Shown here one piece after another: positions 37,027-52,000 of a DNA stretch of 64,000 nt. A program made the translations under genes and the position numbers. The stretch is taken from the NCBI GenBank assembly GCA_048128005.1, contig JBEUKZ010000123.1, positions 186,001-250,000 on the forward strand, given 5' to 3'. Below the pieces are notes generated by a model that had not been told where the DNA came from, ran no database searches, and was given only the letters and a program-made list of their open reading frames with translations. The stretch comes from Veleropilina oligotropha (Eukaryota). How positions within the stretch are numbered: the stretch's first letter is position 1; each line of letters opens with the position of its first letter.

Positions 37027-40000
37027 CTACTTAAATGTTAGCCAGGTTCTGGGATTATCAATCATAATTTTATCAATCGCATCTTGAGTAATTCCTCGCT
37101 GCAACATTTTTGGGACGACGTTCAGCAGAATATGGGAGTAGCCATGTCCTCCAAACTTCATCTGCGTGAAAAGATTTATTACAATTATTAGAGAAGCAGA
37201 CAAAATTTGATTTTCAATGGAAATAATGCATACAAAATACAATCAAAGTACGGAAGGGACGCAAATGCATCAATTCATTAGAAGAACCTTGATTAAAACA
37301 TTGTGAATGTTGTTTATATCAAATAATTATTGGTAGGTGAATCTGCATATCGTCACATTATAGTATTTATTATCAATCGATGGGCGTGATTAATTATACA
37401 CAAAGTAACTGTGTTGTGGTCGTGTCATAAGCCCTGACGTACGCGTCGGAAAACAATTTCGGAATATAAAAACGTACTTCTTACTAACAACTAAGCAGTA
37501 ATAACTAGCAAATCCTCGATCCTGCAAGTGGATGGGTGGGGTGTATCCATGGTGGCCATCAGTGGTGACTAACATGTATAATCAAATCGGATTAGAACTT
37601 TTCACTATAGAGCGTGCACAAGCAATCTCTTCAAACAAAATGGCTGCCACGACGGCCATCTTGAATACAAAAACAAAGCAAATCATTATGCGACGTTTCC
37701 TCATCCTACCAAACGTGTATACCAAATTTGAATCAACTTGGATAATAACTTTTCACTGTAGAGCTCACACAAGAAATCTCATCAAACAAAATGGCCGCCA
37801 TGGTGGCCATCTTAGATCGGAAAATGAAGAAAATATTTAGCCAGCATGTTCTCATCATAACAAACACGCATACCAAATATGAATCAAATCGGATAATAAC
37901 TTTTCACCGTAGAGTGCACACAAGAAATCTCTCCAAACAAAATGGCTGCCATGGTAGCCATCATGAATCCGAAAATGACGAAAATCTTTAGTCTGCATGT
38001 CTACGAACGTGCATACCAATATGAATCAAATCAGATAATATTTCACTGTAGAGCGCACACAAGAAATCTCTCGAAACAAAATGGTGGCCATCTTGGATCC
38101 GAAAAAGATGAAAATTGTTAGGTGGCGTGTCCTCATCATAATTGATCTGCACACCAAATTTGAATCAAAGCGGATTAGAACCTTTCACTATAGAGCACAA
38201 GGAATCTCTGCGGCGGCTAAACCATACTATCCCCGAAATGTTAAATTTCGGGGATACAATAATATTCATGCATGAATGCACATTTGATTTCACTCAAGTT
38301 ATAATATATATTGAAACGGTAGTCATTGACCTGTCAATAGACAGCACATCTCAAAAATCAAAGTGCTGAAGCACTGACGTTGGAAAGCGAAAGTATTGAT
38401 TTCGCAACACAAAAATACTTATTTGTCAAGTTTCAGATGATGCCCGAAGTTGAATGTAATTACGAATACCAAAGCAGTTGTTGATGCCAGAGCCATGCAG
38501 ATCATAGGTCAAAATGAAGGTCATTTTGCATCATTACGCACTGGCTTGAATATAACGTGCCCGACTAGAGAATGGTTAACGAGGTGAAATTGACAGGGAA
38601 AAGTCGGACAGAAGTGACAATATTGTAAATTTTGTAGGCCTATGTAGTAAAGAACACATTATATCTTTTGACTAATTATTGTTTTTAATGTCATTGTATC
38701 TTAAATATGTTTACAATTACAATGTTTTAATTAAACATATTGTTTATGTATTAAAATTTAGATATAAATTTAAAATAATCAATAAATAGGCATTGTATAG
38801 TAAAATTAATACAATACAAATGTATGTTCATTAAAATGTATCTGGTATATGTTGTTCTTTAATTATCTCATATAAATCGACGAACTGCGAGTACAGTACT
38901 TGTATTTATTTCCCAATCTGTAAACTTAAGTTTCCGGCGAACGCAGCTGTCATAATTAGTGCCTTGCTGCTCGAAGTGATGTTTTCCTAACAGCTATTAA
39001 CATTCTCTTAATTGTTCCACTTTCTTTACAGCTTGATGACTTCATTTTGTTTAAATGCCTGATATTTTAATATTTATCATGCCCGACATGAATTGATTCA
39101 CCACAACAAAAGTTATTTACTTTTGATGTAGGTGGCGCTGTTACTAGACAACTTTCCACATCGACCAGAATTAATCTGGACACTGCCCAGGTTAACAACT
39201 TGGGCAGTACCCAGGTTAAATTCGGCAGTGCTCAACTTTTCATAATAATATTAATTATTATTATTATTAGTACGGTAAGTAACTTATCGCGTTTACAAGT
39301 ATTGTTGTAACTAGAACTGACATATTGTTTCGCAAATATACACGCATTTTAAAAAATCGATATGTACTGAATTTTAATTGACATTGGCAAATTCGAAGGT
39401 TGGGCAATGCCAATCTTATAACTTGGGTATTTTAAAATTGGGCACAACTGCCATGCGTGTCCTATGATTAACCTCGCACCTGGCTATTTTTGTATAGCCA
39501 ATCAAAATAGGTCAGGAAGCCAGAACGGACATTCTTTCAAGTTCGATATACATGTGAAACATTTGACATATATGCATATATTTCACGATAAAACATGCAT
39601 ATTATTCACACTAACTTTTGCGGGATTGTAAAGGTATAAACACAAAAAGTTGGGGAAATAGATTTATTGACAGTTTTCGATATTTTCAACAGAAATAAAT
39701 CGTCAATGTGTGCAGCAAACGTAGAGTCGCAATAGCCAAATACCGCTTCTTTACCAAAGCAGTAATTTGGCCGATTGCAAGTTACGTGTATTTTTGAAAC
39801 AATTATATTTGAATATGACACGGTGTCAGGGTTTGTTACTAAATTGCATAACAGATGTGGGATACTACTTATAAATTGATCACATTCCATTACAGAAATG
39901 TGTGTTACTTGAAACATCGGATGGACAAGTTGTGAAAGTGACCTGAATTTTTGTTCAATGAGATAAGAGTGCGAAATTTGAATCTTAGCAGACAGAAGTT

Positions 40001-43000
40001 TCAAAACCAGCTTATAACAATACTCCGCAGTTTCTGCGTCTCAAAAATCATAAAATGTAATAGCGGGCAGATGCAACTTCATTTGCTCAAAATTATTTAT
40101 ATACCATTGTGTTGAATGATAAAGATTTTCAAACAATATCGCAACATGTTCAAGGATTATACAGATTGCTATCTTACCAGCCTGTGCTGGCTGTGGATGT
40201 CATGAGCGATCACCACCTTCTCTCCATACCCAGAGTCGACCAGCAGCTTAATGAATTGAACTCGTTGAGCGTCGCTCGGCATATCGAGGTCGCCGAGCTG
40301 ATAATGTGACGTCTCTATGCCGAACAAGTCGTACTCGCACACCATGCCGAGAGCAGCAAACTCCAGTAAAGTTCCATTATCGAATATCGTCCCTAAAAGA
40401 AAAATTATTCTTTTAACAACATCCAACAAGAAGTGTGGGAGCCACACATTATCCCATCGGGTTTGTCATAATTGATAATTTTTAAGTTGATAAATGGGAA
40501 TAACTCTCGCCAATCCGGCCGATTACCCAAGTCGTACCGAACTGCTTTGATTTTTGCGTTTTGCTGCGCACGTAGCCAGATTAGCCCGGATATTCGGTTT
40601 TCAATCCTAGCATCCCCCTGACCAGTATATAAGTAGCTTAGTATTACAGTATCTTTGTCATTTTATTGTACGATTTTGTATAACAATAAAACTGTGCACA
40701 TACTTGGTGAAATTTTAGCAAAATGTAACTTGACCCCCTGTGTTTTATTTGCAACACAGTCACAAGATGCGAACAATATCTGATGCGAGGTTATGAAGAT
40801 AATTGATGGAAACTAAATATCAATGTCGAAAAATAGACAGCCGCCCGGCTATCAGGAACCCCAGCCTTATATAGCATCAGACTGCCATATAAAATCTGTG
40901 ATCTTGACCTTGCCAGTAGCCCGTGGCTAAACACTGTGCTAACTGTCCATCATGAAGAAGTTCGGATGAAATAAATAATTTAAAAGAAAGAAAAAATTGT
41001 GAGTATATTTAGACCTCTGTGACCTTGACCTTTGACCAAAGGCCATTACCGGCCCGGACAAAATTTAAGGGTCAAAGGTCATTTCCGCAATGTCAAAGGT
41101 CATTCACATGAAATTTCGCCACCATGCACTAGCGTATAATAAGGGTAGTTAGCATACCATATGAAATATAGGTAACATGTTTGGTAGCCGAGATATAGGC
41201 AGGACAACATTGCAAATTGCGAGTATCTATTTACCTCTGTGGCCTTGACCTTTGACCAAATGCCATTTTTCGTATTTGTTATATGATGTACTAACCCTAA
41301 AGGAATAGTTTAGCCCCGAAAATAAAAAAATTGCGAAAAATAAAAAAAATCTAAATATAGAAAATTTGTGAAGGTCACTACACAGAGGTCAAAGGTTAAA
41401 TGATCAAAATTGTACTGCCATGCACAGGTTTGAAGTATATGCAACAGATATAAAAAAATTAGAAGGCTAACATGTTTGGTCTCCGAGAACCGGACCGGGC
41501 AAAATTTAAGGGTCAAAGGTCATTGCTGCAACGTCAAAGGTCATTCACATGAAATTTCGCCACCATGCACTAGTGTATAATAGGGTAGTTAGCACACCAT
41601 ATGAAATCAAGGTAACATGTTTGGTAGCCGAGATATAGGCAGGACAACATTGCAAATTGCGAGTATATTTTGACCTCTGTGACCTTGACCTTTGACCAAA
41701 GGCCATTTTTCGTATTTGTTATATGATGTACTAACCCTAAAGGAATAGTTTGGCCGCGAAAAAAAAAAAAATTACGAAAAATAAAAAAATCTAAATATAG
41801 AAAATTTGTGAAGGTCACTACGCAGACGTCAAAGTTTAAATGATTAAAATTTTACTGCCAAGGACAGGTTTGAAGAATAGGCAACACATCTAAGAAAAAA
41901 TTAGGAGGCTAACATGGTTGGTCTCCGAGAACCTGCCCGGACAAAATTTAAGGGTCAAAGGTCATTGCTGCAAGGTCAAAGGTCATTCACGTGAAATTTC
42001 GCCACCATGCACTAGCGTATAATAAGGGTAGTTAGCATACCATATGAAATCAAGGTAACATGTTTGGTAGCCGAGATATAGACCGGACAACATTGCAAAT
42101 TGCGAATATATTTTGACCTCTGTTACCTTGACCTTTGACGAAAGGCCATTTTTCGTATTTGTTATATGATGTACTAACCCTAAAGGAATAGTTTGGCCCC
42201 GAAAAATAAAAAAATTACGAAAAATTAAAATATGGAAAATTTGTGAAGGTCACTACGCAGAGGTCAAAGGTCAAATGATCAAAATTTTACTTCCATGCAC
42301 AGGTTTGAAGTATAGGCAACACATCTAAGAAAAAATTAGAAGGCTAACATGTTTGGTCTCCGAGAACCGGCCCGGACAAAATTTAAGGGTCAAAGGTCAT
42401 TGCCGCAAGGTCAAAGGTCATTCACGTGCAATTTCGCCACCATGCACTAGCGTATAATAAGGGTAGTTAGCATACCATATGAAATCAAGGTAACATGTTT
42501 GGTAGCCGAGATATAGACCGGACAACATTGCGAATTGCGAGTATATTTTGACCACTGTGACCTTGACCTTTGACGAAAGGCCATTTTTCGTATGTGTTAT
42601 ATGATGTACTAACCCTAAAGGAATAGTTTGGGCCCGAAAAATTACGAAAAATAAAAAAATCTAAATATAGAAAATTTGTGAAGGTCACTACGCAGAGGTC
42701 AAAGGTCAAATGATCAAAATTTTACTGCCATGCACAGGTTTTAAGTATAGGCAACACATCTAAACAAAAGTTAGAAGGCTAACATGTTTGGTCTCCGAGA
42801 ACCGGCCCGGACAAAATTTAAGGGTCAAAGGTCATTGCCGCAAGGTCAAAGGTCATTCACATGAAATTTCACCACCATGCACTAGCGTATGACAAGGGTA
42901 GGTAGCATACCATATGAAATCAAGGTAACATGTTTGGTAGCCGAGATATAGGGCGGACAACATGAACCGCCCGCCCGTCCGCCCACCCAATAACCCCAGC

Positions 43001-46000
43001 TTTTTTAAGCTGGGGTTAAAAAGGGAAAGTTTATATCGAAAAAGGGGGATAACTGTGCAAATATTTGGCGGAATAATCTGAAATTCAATACAAACCTAGT
43101 TTATGTCCCAATAAACCTGCATACCAAATTTGAATTCCCTAGCTGTTACGGTTTTCCTTATATCATGTTCACGTCATCCGAAAAGGAAAGTTTGTCGAAA
43201 AAGGGGGATAACTGTGCAAATATTTGATGGAATAATCTGAAATTCAATAGAAATTTAGTTTATGTCCCAATAAACCTTTGTACCAAATTTGAACTCCCTA
43301 GCTGTTACGGTTTTCCTTATATCATGTTCACGTCATCCGAAAAGGAAAGTTTGTCGAAAAAGGGGGATAACTGTGCAACTATTTGGCAGAATATTCTGGA
43401 ATTCAAGAGCAACCTAGGTTATGTCCCAATAAACCTGCATACCAAATTTGAATTCCCTAACTTTTCCTGATATCCCGTTCACGTCGTCAGAAACGTAAAT
43501 TTTATGTCGAAAAAGGGGGATAACTGTGCAAATATTTGGCTGAATAATCTGAAATTCAATAGCAACCTAGTTATCGAAATCTTAACAGTTCATATTAACT
43601 GAAATTTTATTTAGGCTAGACTATGGCATCAGAAAAGTATATTATGTGTACAATATTACTGAAGGGTTAAAAAGTAAGATTATAACTAGCAAAATTCTCA
43701 AGTCCCCTCTCACAGATAGCCCTCTTGAATGCGATACAACCAGATCGTTTGGGGGCATGACCTCATGATCACAACTAATATACATATCAAAGTTGAAGGA
43801 AATTGGATTATAACTGTTGATTTTAACAATATAATAACAATAATGGACATTTATATTCCGCCGTATCCGCCCACGAATGCATGCTCACAGCGCTATCGCA
43901 TAATTATCCCTGGTTATCGGCCTGTTCTGATCTAGAACCCATCTCAACTCTCTATGAGAGCATTACAGTCAAGCTGCCACTGACGGGCGCTACGACTAAT
44001 AACTATTATCACACCGATCAGGTACCCATTTAGGTCGGCTAGGTGAACCGGGGCAAATATGTGCTTATTTCCTTGCTCAAGTGAAATCGCCGACCTTTGG
44101 GGGCGAACGCGAGACTCTTCTACCAGAGTTCCTGTGAACAATTAACCCACTGAGCCACGATGGCACAGATTGTAGAGCATACTCAAAAAAACTTTTGCGG
44201 ACACGATGATGAAACGGATACAAATCTATAGTACTCTCGACTAGTGTATGTGGATAAAATGCTGTTCCATACTTCATTAATGATTTATTATCAGAAGAAA
44301 ATTGTACAAAACAGTAAGACGTGCACATATTGAAAATCAACAAGAAGTGAGAGGGAAATATAATTAAATAGTCCTATTTCTCCTTATCAGCAAAATCTAC
44401 ACTTCAGAATCTATCCAATTCTAGTGTTTATGCTTACGATCCAAGTGCGACATGACTGTCTTGTCAGTTATTCCTCCCGCTTCTTGCACGATCCTGGCAA
44501 TCTCGAATGGCGCCTTGGGGTTCCGACCTGGATGGATAATAAGGGGACAGCCCAGTTCTCTCTGAATGTGGGCGCCGGCTTGAAGGGCTTTCTTCTCGCT
44601 ATCTGAAAGTCATTTACAGAAAGTAAACTATTTGATGTGATGATAATGAATCGATGTTTCACAACCATGCCACAATATTTCAGTCATAAATCTTGTCAAT
44701 CAACTTTGAATGACAAAATGATTTGGTGCTGTTTGCAATGAAGGCAGCGATCTTCGGAACTCTCGGGCATTGAACACTGGACCTTTCATTAGTAGATCAT
44801 CACCAGCATCGACCACACTGCCCCCTATTTCATGTGGGTTACATGACAAAAGCTAAAGTAATTTGATATATACCATATTCGACCTATTTAGCACCCTTGC
44901 TCCTATAAGCGCCCCCCTAGCATATTTCAAATTTTACAAGTATTAGCGCCCCTTTGAAAATGTTTTTACTTGCATAGATAATGGAAACATTTAACAGTAT
45001 GCTTTAATATCGGTGTTCCCTCTAATTTAATCACGTAACTTCCCCAAATATACTTCGCACTATCACATTCCATTGATGAAACATTCACTTTGGGCTTCCC
45101 GCGTGTACATGGGGTTATCTCCCCTGTGCTGCACTCTGCAACGAAAAGAGTAAGAATGCTCCCTACCATGTAGGATTGCGAAATTACGTTTCTGCGTGGG
45201 AGAGTTGATATTCAATGAAAGTGGGATGTTTGCGAGCCTCGACGACGACGATAACTATGCGAATGAATTTGTTACGAGGACAGTCGACGTTTTGAATAAT
45301 TCTTTCTTTGCAAGAACATTGCTAGTTCATTTATGTATTGCCGTCACGTGGTCTCACCCACACTTTTCGCTGTCGGTTTGAGCGGCTGTCAAGATGAGCG
45401 TCGTGATGTATTTTGTAAGCAATATAGTTATTATCTACGAACAAATATATCCATATTATCTTTATTTTATCGTATTTATCTCGTCGATGGAAAAAATTTG
45501 CCGTTCATATAATATATGCATTTGGCTACATATTAAAATATATCCTATTTAGTGCCCCCTATGTCAATTTTTTAAGTGCCCTGACACTAAATAGGTTGAA
45601 TATGGTATTAGCTTTATATGTAGAGGCACCGTCCATATGCCAGTACCTTTTAGATTTGGATTGATCCTTAATGTTTCATTTTAACACCCTTCAGACTCAT
45701 AAAAGGAAAGCGTGCCCACACCGGTCAGTTATAGACAACTGTGATTGTTAATTGACATATCGGTGCTTGGCTATATTATTATGTTTCTTTTCCCTATTAG
45801 ATGGTTGTCTGCCTGAATTTACACTATACACACCATGGGGAAAATTATGAGAACAATAGGCGTCCTAGTGTTGACCCATTGATTTCAGACAATGGTTAGC
45901 TCGGCTAGCTGGCCAGACTAAATTGGACGACAACAGATTTGACGAGCTGCCAATGAAAGAGTCGACTCGTAATTGCCCGCCATATCGCCTTCTAGAGCAT

Positions 46001-49000
46001 GATATGAATGTTTTAAGAGGCTACAGCTTGCAATTTACAATAGATTTCTGCTGGGAAATATAACAGATAATACAGCTGCCACCCCTCGGCGATATAACAT
46101 AACAGCCTCGTTCTGACTCTGTCTGTTATGTGAATTATAATGCTCGGGCTGGCAGTGTATTATCTATTACATAGTGGAAACATCAAGTGTAAAGTCTCTA
46201 TTCGATCAGACTGATTTATATAACATATCGCCGACTTTGCATGGATGTGAATAGAACTGACAGGTCGATGTCACACCATTTGAATCAATTGTTATCAAGT
46301 GAAAAGTGTTACATGACGTTACCAATTACGCTCTCACAGGTATTCCATACCTAACATATGACAATGCATTATTCATATCAAACTTAGGCTCCTCCCAGTT
46401 ACCTTGCAGCGGATAACTGCATCCAATTTCCCCGATTACTCCGCATTTGATATCCGTGCCGTCGCATCCAGTCAGAATATCGGCCTTCATCACCTCTGCC
46501 ATCTGCTCAACGGTCTGGCTACGAATGCTATCACTAAGAGATGCGTGAACATAGTAGCCTGGTAAAATAATGAGATCAATGCAATTTTTCTTCCAAACAT
46601 TTTATTAAATAAATATAGCACATTTGTATTAATATATTTCACAAGACACATTGATACCTTCTGATTATATATGACAAAGAACCATAATTACTTGGTTCAC
46701 AATTACTGTCCTTGGCAAGCATTGTACATCTATATATATAAAGTATTAATTGTTTGTCGGTTTGCCACTTCCGACTTCTGCGGGGGGGGGGGGGGGGGGG
46801 AGGAATGGCCGCTAGTACATCATATAATATATGCCCCCCACAAACAAAGTTTGGGGGCATATAGCAGTCAGCTTGTCTATCGGTCGGTCTGTTGAAAATT
46901 CCCTTTCGCACCATATCTCCGATACTATTTGACCTGGGGATACGAAACTACCACGACCTACTTTTCACGCTTGACCGCATTTGGTCCAAAGTTCTCTTTC
47001 ACTCCATATCTCTCATACTATTCGACCTAGGGACACAAAACTTGATGCGTGTATGTGTCATGACCTAAAGGTGTATTGGGTTCCAAAAGTAAGTAACTGC
47101 GATGGATTGTTCATGTGTCAAGCGATTTTGTGGGGGATATGATCACTTCTGTGATAACTATTTATGCCTATTCTAACAAAGCACCACATTGAAAAACAAT
47201 CCCATTTGAGAAATAACAAAAAATAATTACCTGTTCCCATCACTATGTTGACGCCAGTCTCCTCAGCTGCATGTTTGCAATAATTAGCATCTCTGGAGAG
47301 ACCTATGCTTGAGTTCTCGACAATAGTGCAACCACCATTACTCTGAAAAGGAAGAAACACCATGCTCAAATTGTATTATATAATATTTATGTTAAACCAT
47401 AAAACATGATGCAAAATTAATTATTAATTATTTTTTTTCCATTAGAAATTGTGATACATGTTCGCTATTTCCATGTTGATTAATGTGAATACTTGATGGA
47501 ATGTGCAATCAGTGCAAGATAAACAATTATGCATGAATGTTTTGGATTGCACGCTTCTCGATATTAGTATACTAATTTGCTACTGATAATGTGTATGAAA
47601 ATGGTTTTACTCAATTTTCTATATTTTATTTTTCAGCAAAAACCATCAGTAGGGAAGGTTTAATGATTTTAAGTTCCAATTAATATCACTACCAGAATAT
47701 CAGGTGGCAGCCATACACCAAGACCAAAGCATCTATTATATAAAATATACCTTGAGCTGCCCATATGCACTCGTTAAAAATCTATATATATTCAATATCA
47801 TCGTGACATAATAATAAGAATAAACCCTTTACCGGTACGCAGACAATATCAAAACATAAAATAAACCAAATAATGCCTTTAGTAACCTATATACACACAA
47901 TGAAAAACACTAACCAAAATTCTGATGGAGGATGAAGAATAAACAATTTGATGCGGATATAAAAATACCTGGTTCCCTAAAGAAATAAATGGAGAAATCT
48001 GATTTAATGATCCATTTTTTATACAATATCATTCAAATAGCATATTATGGCTACCTTGAAGAATTTAAGTTCCTCAAGGACAGCGTCTTGTTCATCACAG
48101 AGACGTAAGTTCGCTTTGCTGCTAAATCTGAAATATATACTTTAATATTATGGCAATTATTCAATTATCAACTTCATAAAAAACAGCTATTCACATGACA
48201 AAGCAAACAACTCCACAGTCACGGATAATTCGATCAATGCCTAGAATATGAATATTCTCTCAGATCATTGATGTCACAGATAGAGATAATGAATTCGGGC
48301 AATCTCAACACAATAACAACCCATAATATTTCACACTTCAGGAACAATGTCTCTAAGCCACGTGACGCCACATCTGTTGTCAATAATTATTTGTTGACAT
48401 GTTCCGGACTGGCAGTTACGGACTGGCAGTTATGGACAGAATAATTAAATACATGATACCGGTGTCATCAGTGATAGGAAAATCCATAATAACGCAAAAT
48501 GTCAATGAAATAACGTTTTCATAACAATACTCACGGAAATTGGCGAACAAGCCCCAAATTGTCCATTGTGAGTGGCGCTGATACGATGGGTTCGATCCAT
48601 GGTGCTGTGGGGGCTGTATACATGAAGTCAAAGAGCATCGACAAATGCTCATGAGTGTGAGTTATTCCCACCGAACTTGGGTCAATTGAACCCAAAACTG
48701 AAATTGGAAATGAAAGGATAAATATAATATATAATTAAAGCTGCGAGCAGCTGTGAGGGCTTCAATCAGATAAACGAAATAAAAAAAAGACGTAAAATAA
48801 AAAAAAATAAAAAAGTTTATTAAAAAAAAAAAAAATTACAAAAAAATACTAAATTTAAAAAAATATTTTTTATATTTTAAGATATACATATGGCCACTCT
48901 GAATCGAATGCCGCCAATCTTAGATTTCTACGCCGAAAGTGCTAGGGGGGGCCGGAAAATTTTGAAACCTAGATGCTATGAAATCTATTATCTTGTGCAT

Positions 49001-52000
49001 TAACCTATGATGGAAATTAAGAAGTATCTATAATAATGAATGCGCAACTGGACTGACCAACAGAATATCAATGTTTTCACCATATATTAACAGTTAATGA
49101 ATCATGTAGCCTTCTGTTGGCTAAATGTTTACTTAAGCCTGATAGCAGAACTTCTCAAAGGCCTTGCTGTCCACTGGACAGGGTTGGCACGCCGCTTTAT
49201 GACACCTCAAAGAGACAGGCTCATAAACTGCCTACTTCATCTGATAAGGCAATTAGCACTGAGCTGGTCGCGCCGAAATGAGACGAGGAATTAAAATAGT
49301 ATTTTTTAAACAATGAAAGTACTTATTGTATTCTTGTCACAATTCTCTAATATAACGATCTTTATATAGTATATTTTATGCGAAAATCTGGAAGAAAAAG
49401 GACGATTTTTAGAGGCGCTATGAAGCAATATTCATTTAAAAAAACTAAGTCTAATAACTCTCACGCAACTCATTTTAGCGATGTATTCTATACATATTAC
49501 ATTAGATATTTTCGATACGAATAAAATGAATTGCGTCACGTTTCATATAAATGAAAATTAAAGAAGTTACAGTCAATTTAATATTAAATTTAATGTCTTC
49601 ATAACTCCTTTTTAATTTGTCTCACAAAGTATTCCATTAGAACAACATATACCGATATAATGCTTTGTCAAAACTACCAAGTGTCGATAAGATCACGCTA
49701 CTCAGTTCTGAGAAAAGCGCATTTTAATGTTTTCAAAAAATCAAAGATTGCGACGAAACCATGGCATTTATTGGCTAAAATTTTGCGGCAAACATTACTT
49801 GATATCGATGCGCACTCACCCTGGAAGATTGGAAAGATTTCGTGTAGTGCATTGAAAGATACTGCAGAAATGAAAAATTGAAAAAACTTCAAAATTTTGT
49901 CAAGATTAGGACGCCCGTAGCGATCTTAGCATTGAAAAAATGAAAATTTCATTTCCAAGAGATTGTTGTCTCAATAGTCTAGATCATGCCTTTGAAGATT
50001 TTGTCTCGATCTCGAAAGCCGTGTAAGACTTATATCGTTTTTGAAAAGAGGTCATTTTTTTACAAAATTGAAGATTACGACCAAAGCATAAAATCCCGAA
50101 ACTTGAAAATAGAACGAGGCAATGCTTCAATGATGTGCCCAAGCACACATGAATTTTGACTGCAGAAATGAAAAATTGAAAAAACTTCAAAATTTTGTCA
50201 AGATTAGGACGCCCGTAGCGATCTTAGCATTGAAAAAATGAAAATTTCATTTCCAAGAGATTGTTGTCTCAATAGTCTAGATCATGCCTTTGAAGATTTT
50301 GTCTCGATCTCGAAAGCCGTGTAAGACTTATATCGTTTTTGAAAAGAGGTCATTTTTTTACAAAATTGAAGATTACGACCAAAGCATAAAATCCCGAAAC
50401 TTGAAAATGGAACGAGGCAATGCTTCAATGATGTGCCCAAGCACACATGAATTTTGACTGCAGAAATGAAAAATTGAAAAAACTTCAAAATTTTGTCAAG
50501 ATTAGGACGCCCGTAGCGATCTTAGCATTGAAAAAATGAAAATTTCATTTCCAAGAGATTGTTGTCTCAATAGTCTAGATCATGCCTTTGATGATTTTGT
50601 CTCGATCTCGAAAGCCGTGTAAGACTTATATCGTTTTTGAAAAGAGGTCATTTTTTTACAAAATTGAAGATTACGACCAAAGAATAAAATCCCGAAACTT
50701 GCAAATAGAACGAGGCAATGCTTCAATGATGTGCCCAAGCACATATGAATTTTGAAAGCTGTAGCTATAGCCGTTTTCGCGCTAAAGTGCCCACAAAAAA
50801 ACGTCAGAATAAGAACAAGATATAGCCATTTTTAAATTGATTTCAGTATGGCCGCCGGTTAAATTAAAAATTCAAAAATCCACTCTCAAGACATTTTTGA
50901 CAAGCGACTCTGGCATCCGAATATACTAATCATGTCCCGCTAGGTTAAATATTAACAAAGTTATAAAAGAAGCTAGTTTATGACGTAATTCAAGATGGCC
51001 GCCAGACTACTAGCGCCATAAACTTGAAAATAGAACGAGGCAATGCTTCAATGGTGTGCCCAAGCACACATGAATTTTGAAAGCTGTAGCTATAGCCGTT
51101 TTCGCGCTAAAGTGCCCACAAAAAACGTCAGAATAAGAGACGTAATTCAAGATGGCCGCCAGACTACTAGCGCCATGAAACTTGAAAATAGAACGAGGCA
51201 ATGCTTCAATGATGTGCCCAAGCACACATGAATTTTGAAAGCTGTAGCTATAGACGTTTTCGCGCTAAAGTGCCCACAAAAAAACGTCAGAATAAGAATA
51301 ATAACCGGTACAATTTCAATAGGGCTTCAAGCTTGAAAGAGCTTGAAGCCCTAATTATTGACTGTTAACACTGTTGCTATAAGGATTTACCAAGTTAAAC
51401 TTCCAAAAGTGAGATCACTTTTCAGGGTTACAATTTAAGAAAATAGTGCATCAATCCATACGGATTGGTTGGTCAACACATTTGCCAATCTGTGTAAATT
51501 TCTGTCAATCAGGATAAAATCATAATAATGTCTGAAGTGATACTTCACCGATTTGGTCAGGGTTTTTGAATGAGTTAGTTTACTAAAAATGTAAATTTTG
51601 TTATTAATGCTTGCAAAGTGGCTTCAATTGTGTTATTTGACAAAATAAGTTGCCAATTCCCATGGATTGCAACACAAATATCTTCACACTGTGTATGTTG
51701 GTACTGGACTCCATTGCATAGATATAAATTATAATAGATACCTTTGGCTGAAGAAGAGACCGGGAGGTCTCGAAAGCTCCCATGCTTAGCATCAGACTCC
51801 CAAAGGTATCTATTATAATTTACAAAATATCTTAACAATCCTGTACTATCCGGCATGAAAACCAGCCCCGGATTGAGGGATGTATTATTGATTGCAGCAA
51901 TGAGAAATTAATGGATGTGTGAATTAACAATCATAATGTAGTCACACGACTGTGTGAATTGGATCTAAACGACTGGGCTGATAACCAAATCAGCACTCAG

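Noticed and set aside
46781..46800. Poly-G run giving a polyproline/polyglycine ORF
   Set aside because: Intronic homopolymer; length unreliable and not in an exon.
27266..49294. Twin 65 aa ORFs (MNHVAFCWL...) at 27266 and 49097
   Set aside because: They lie within two copies of the same element, show no recognisable domain, and several differences change amino acids.
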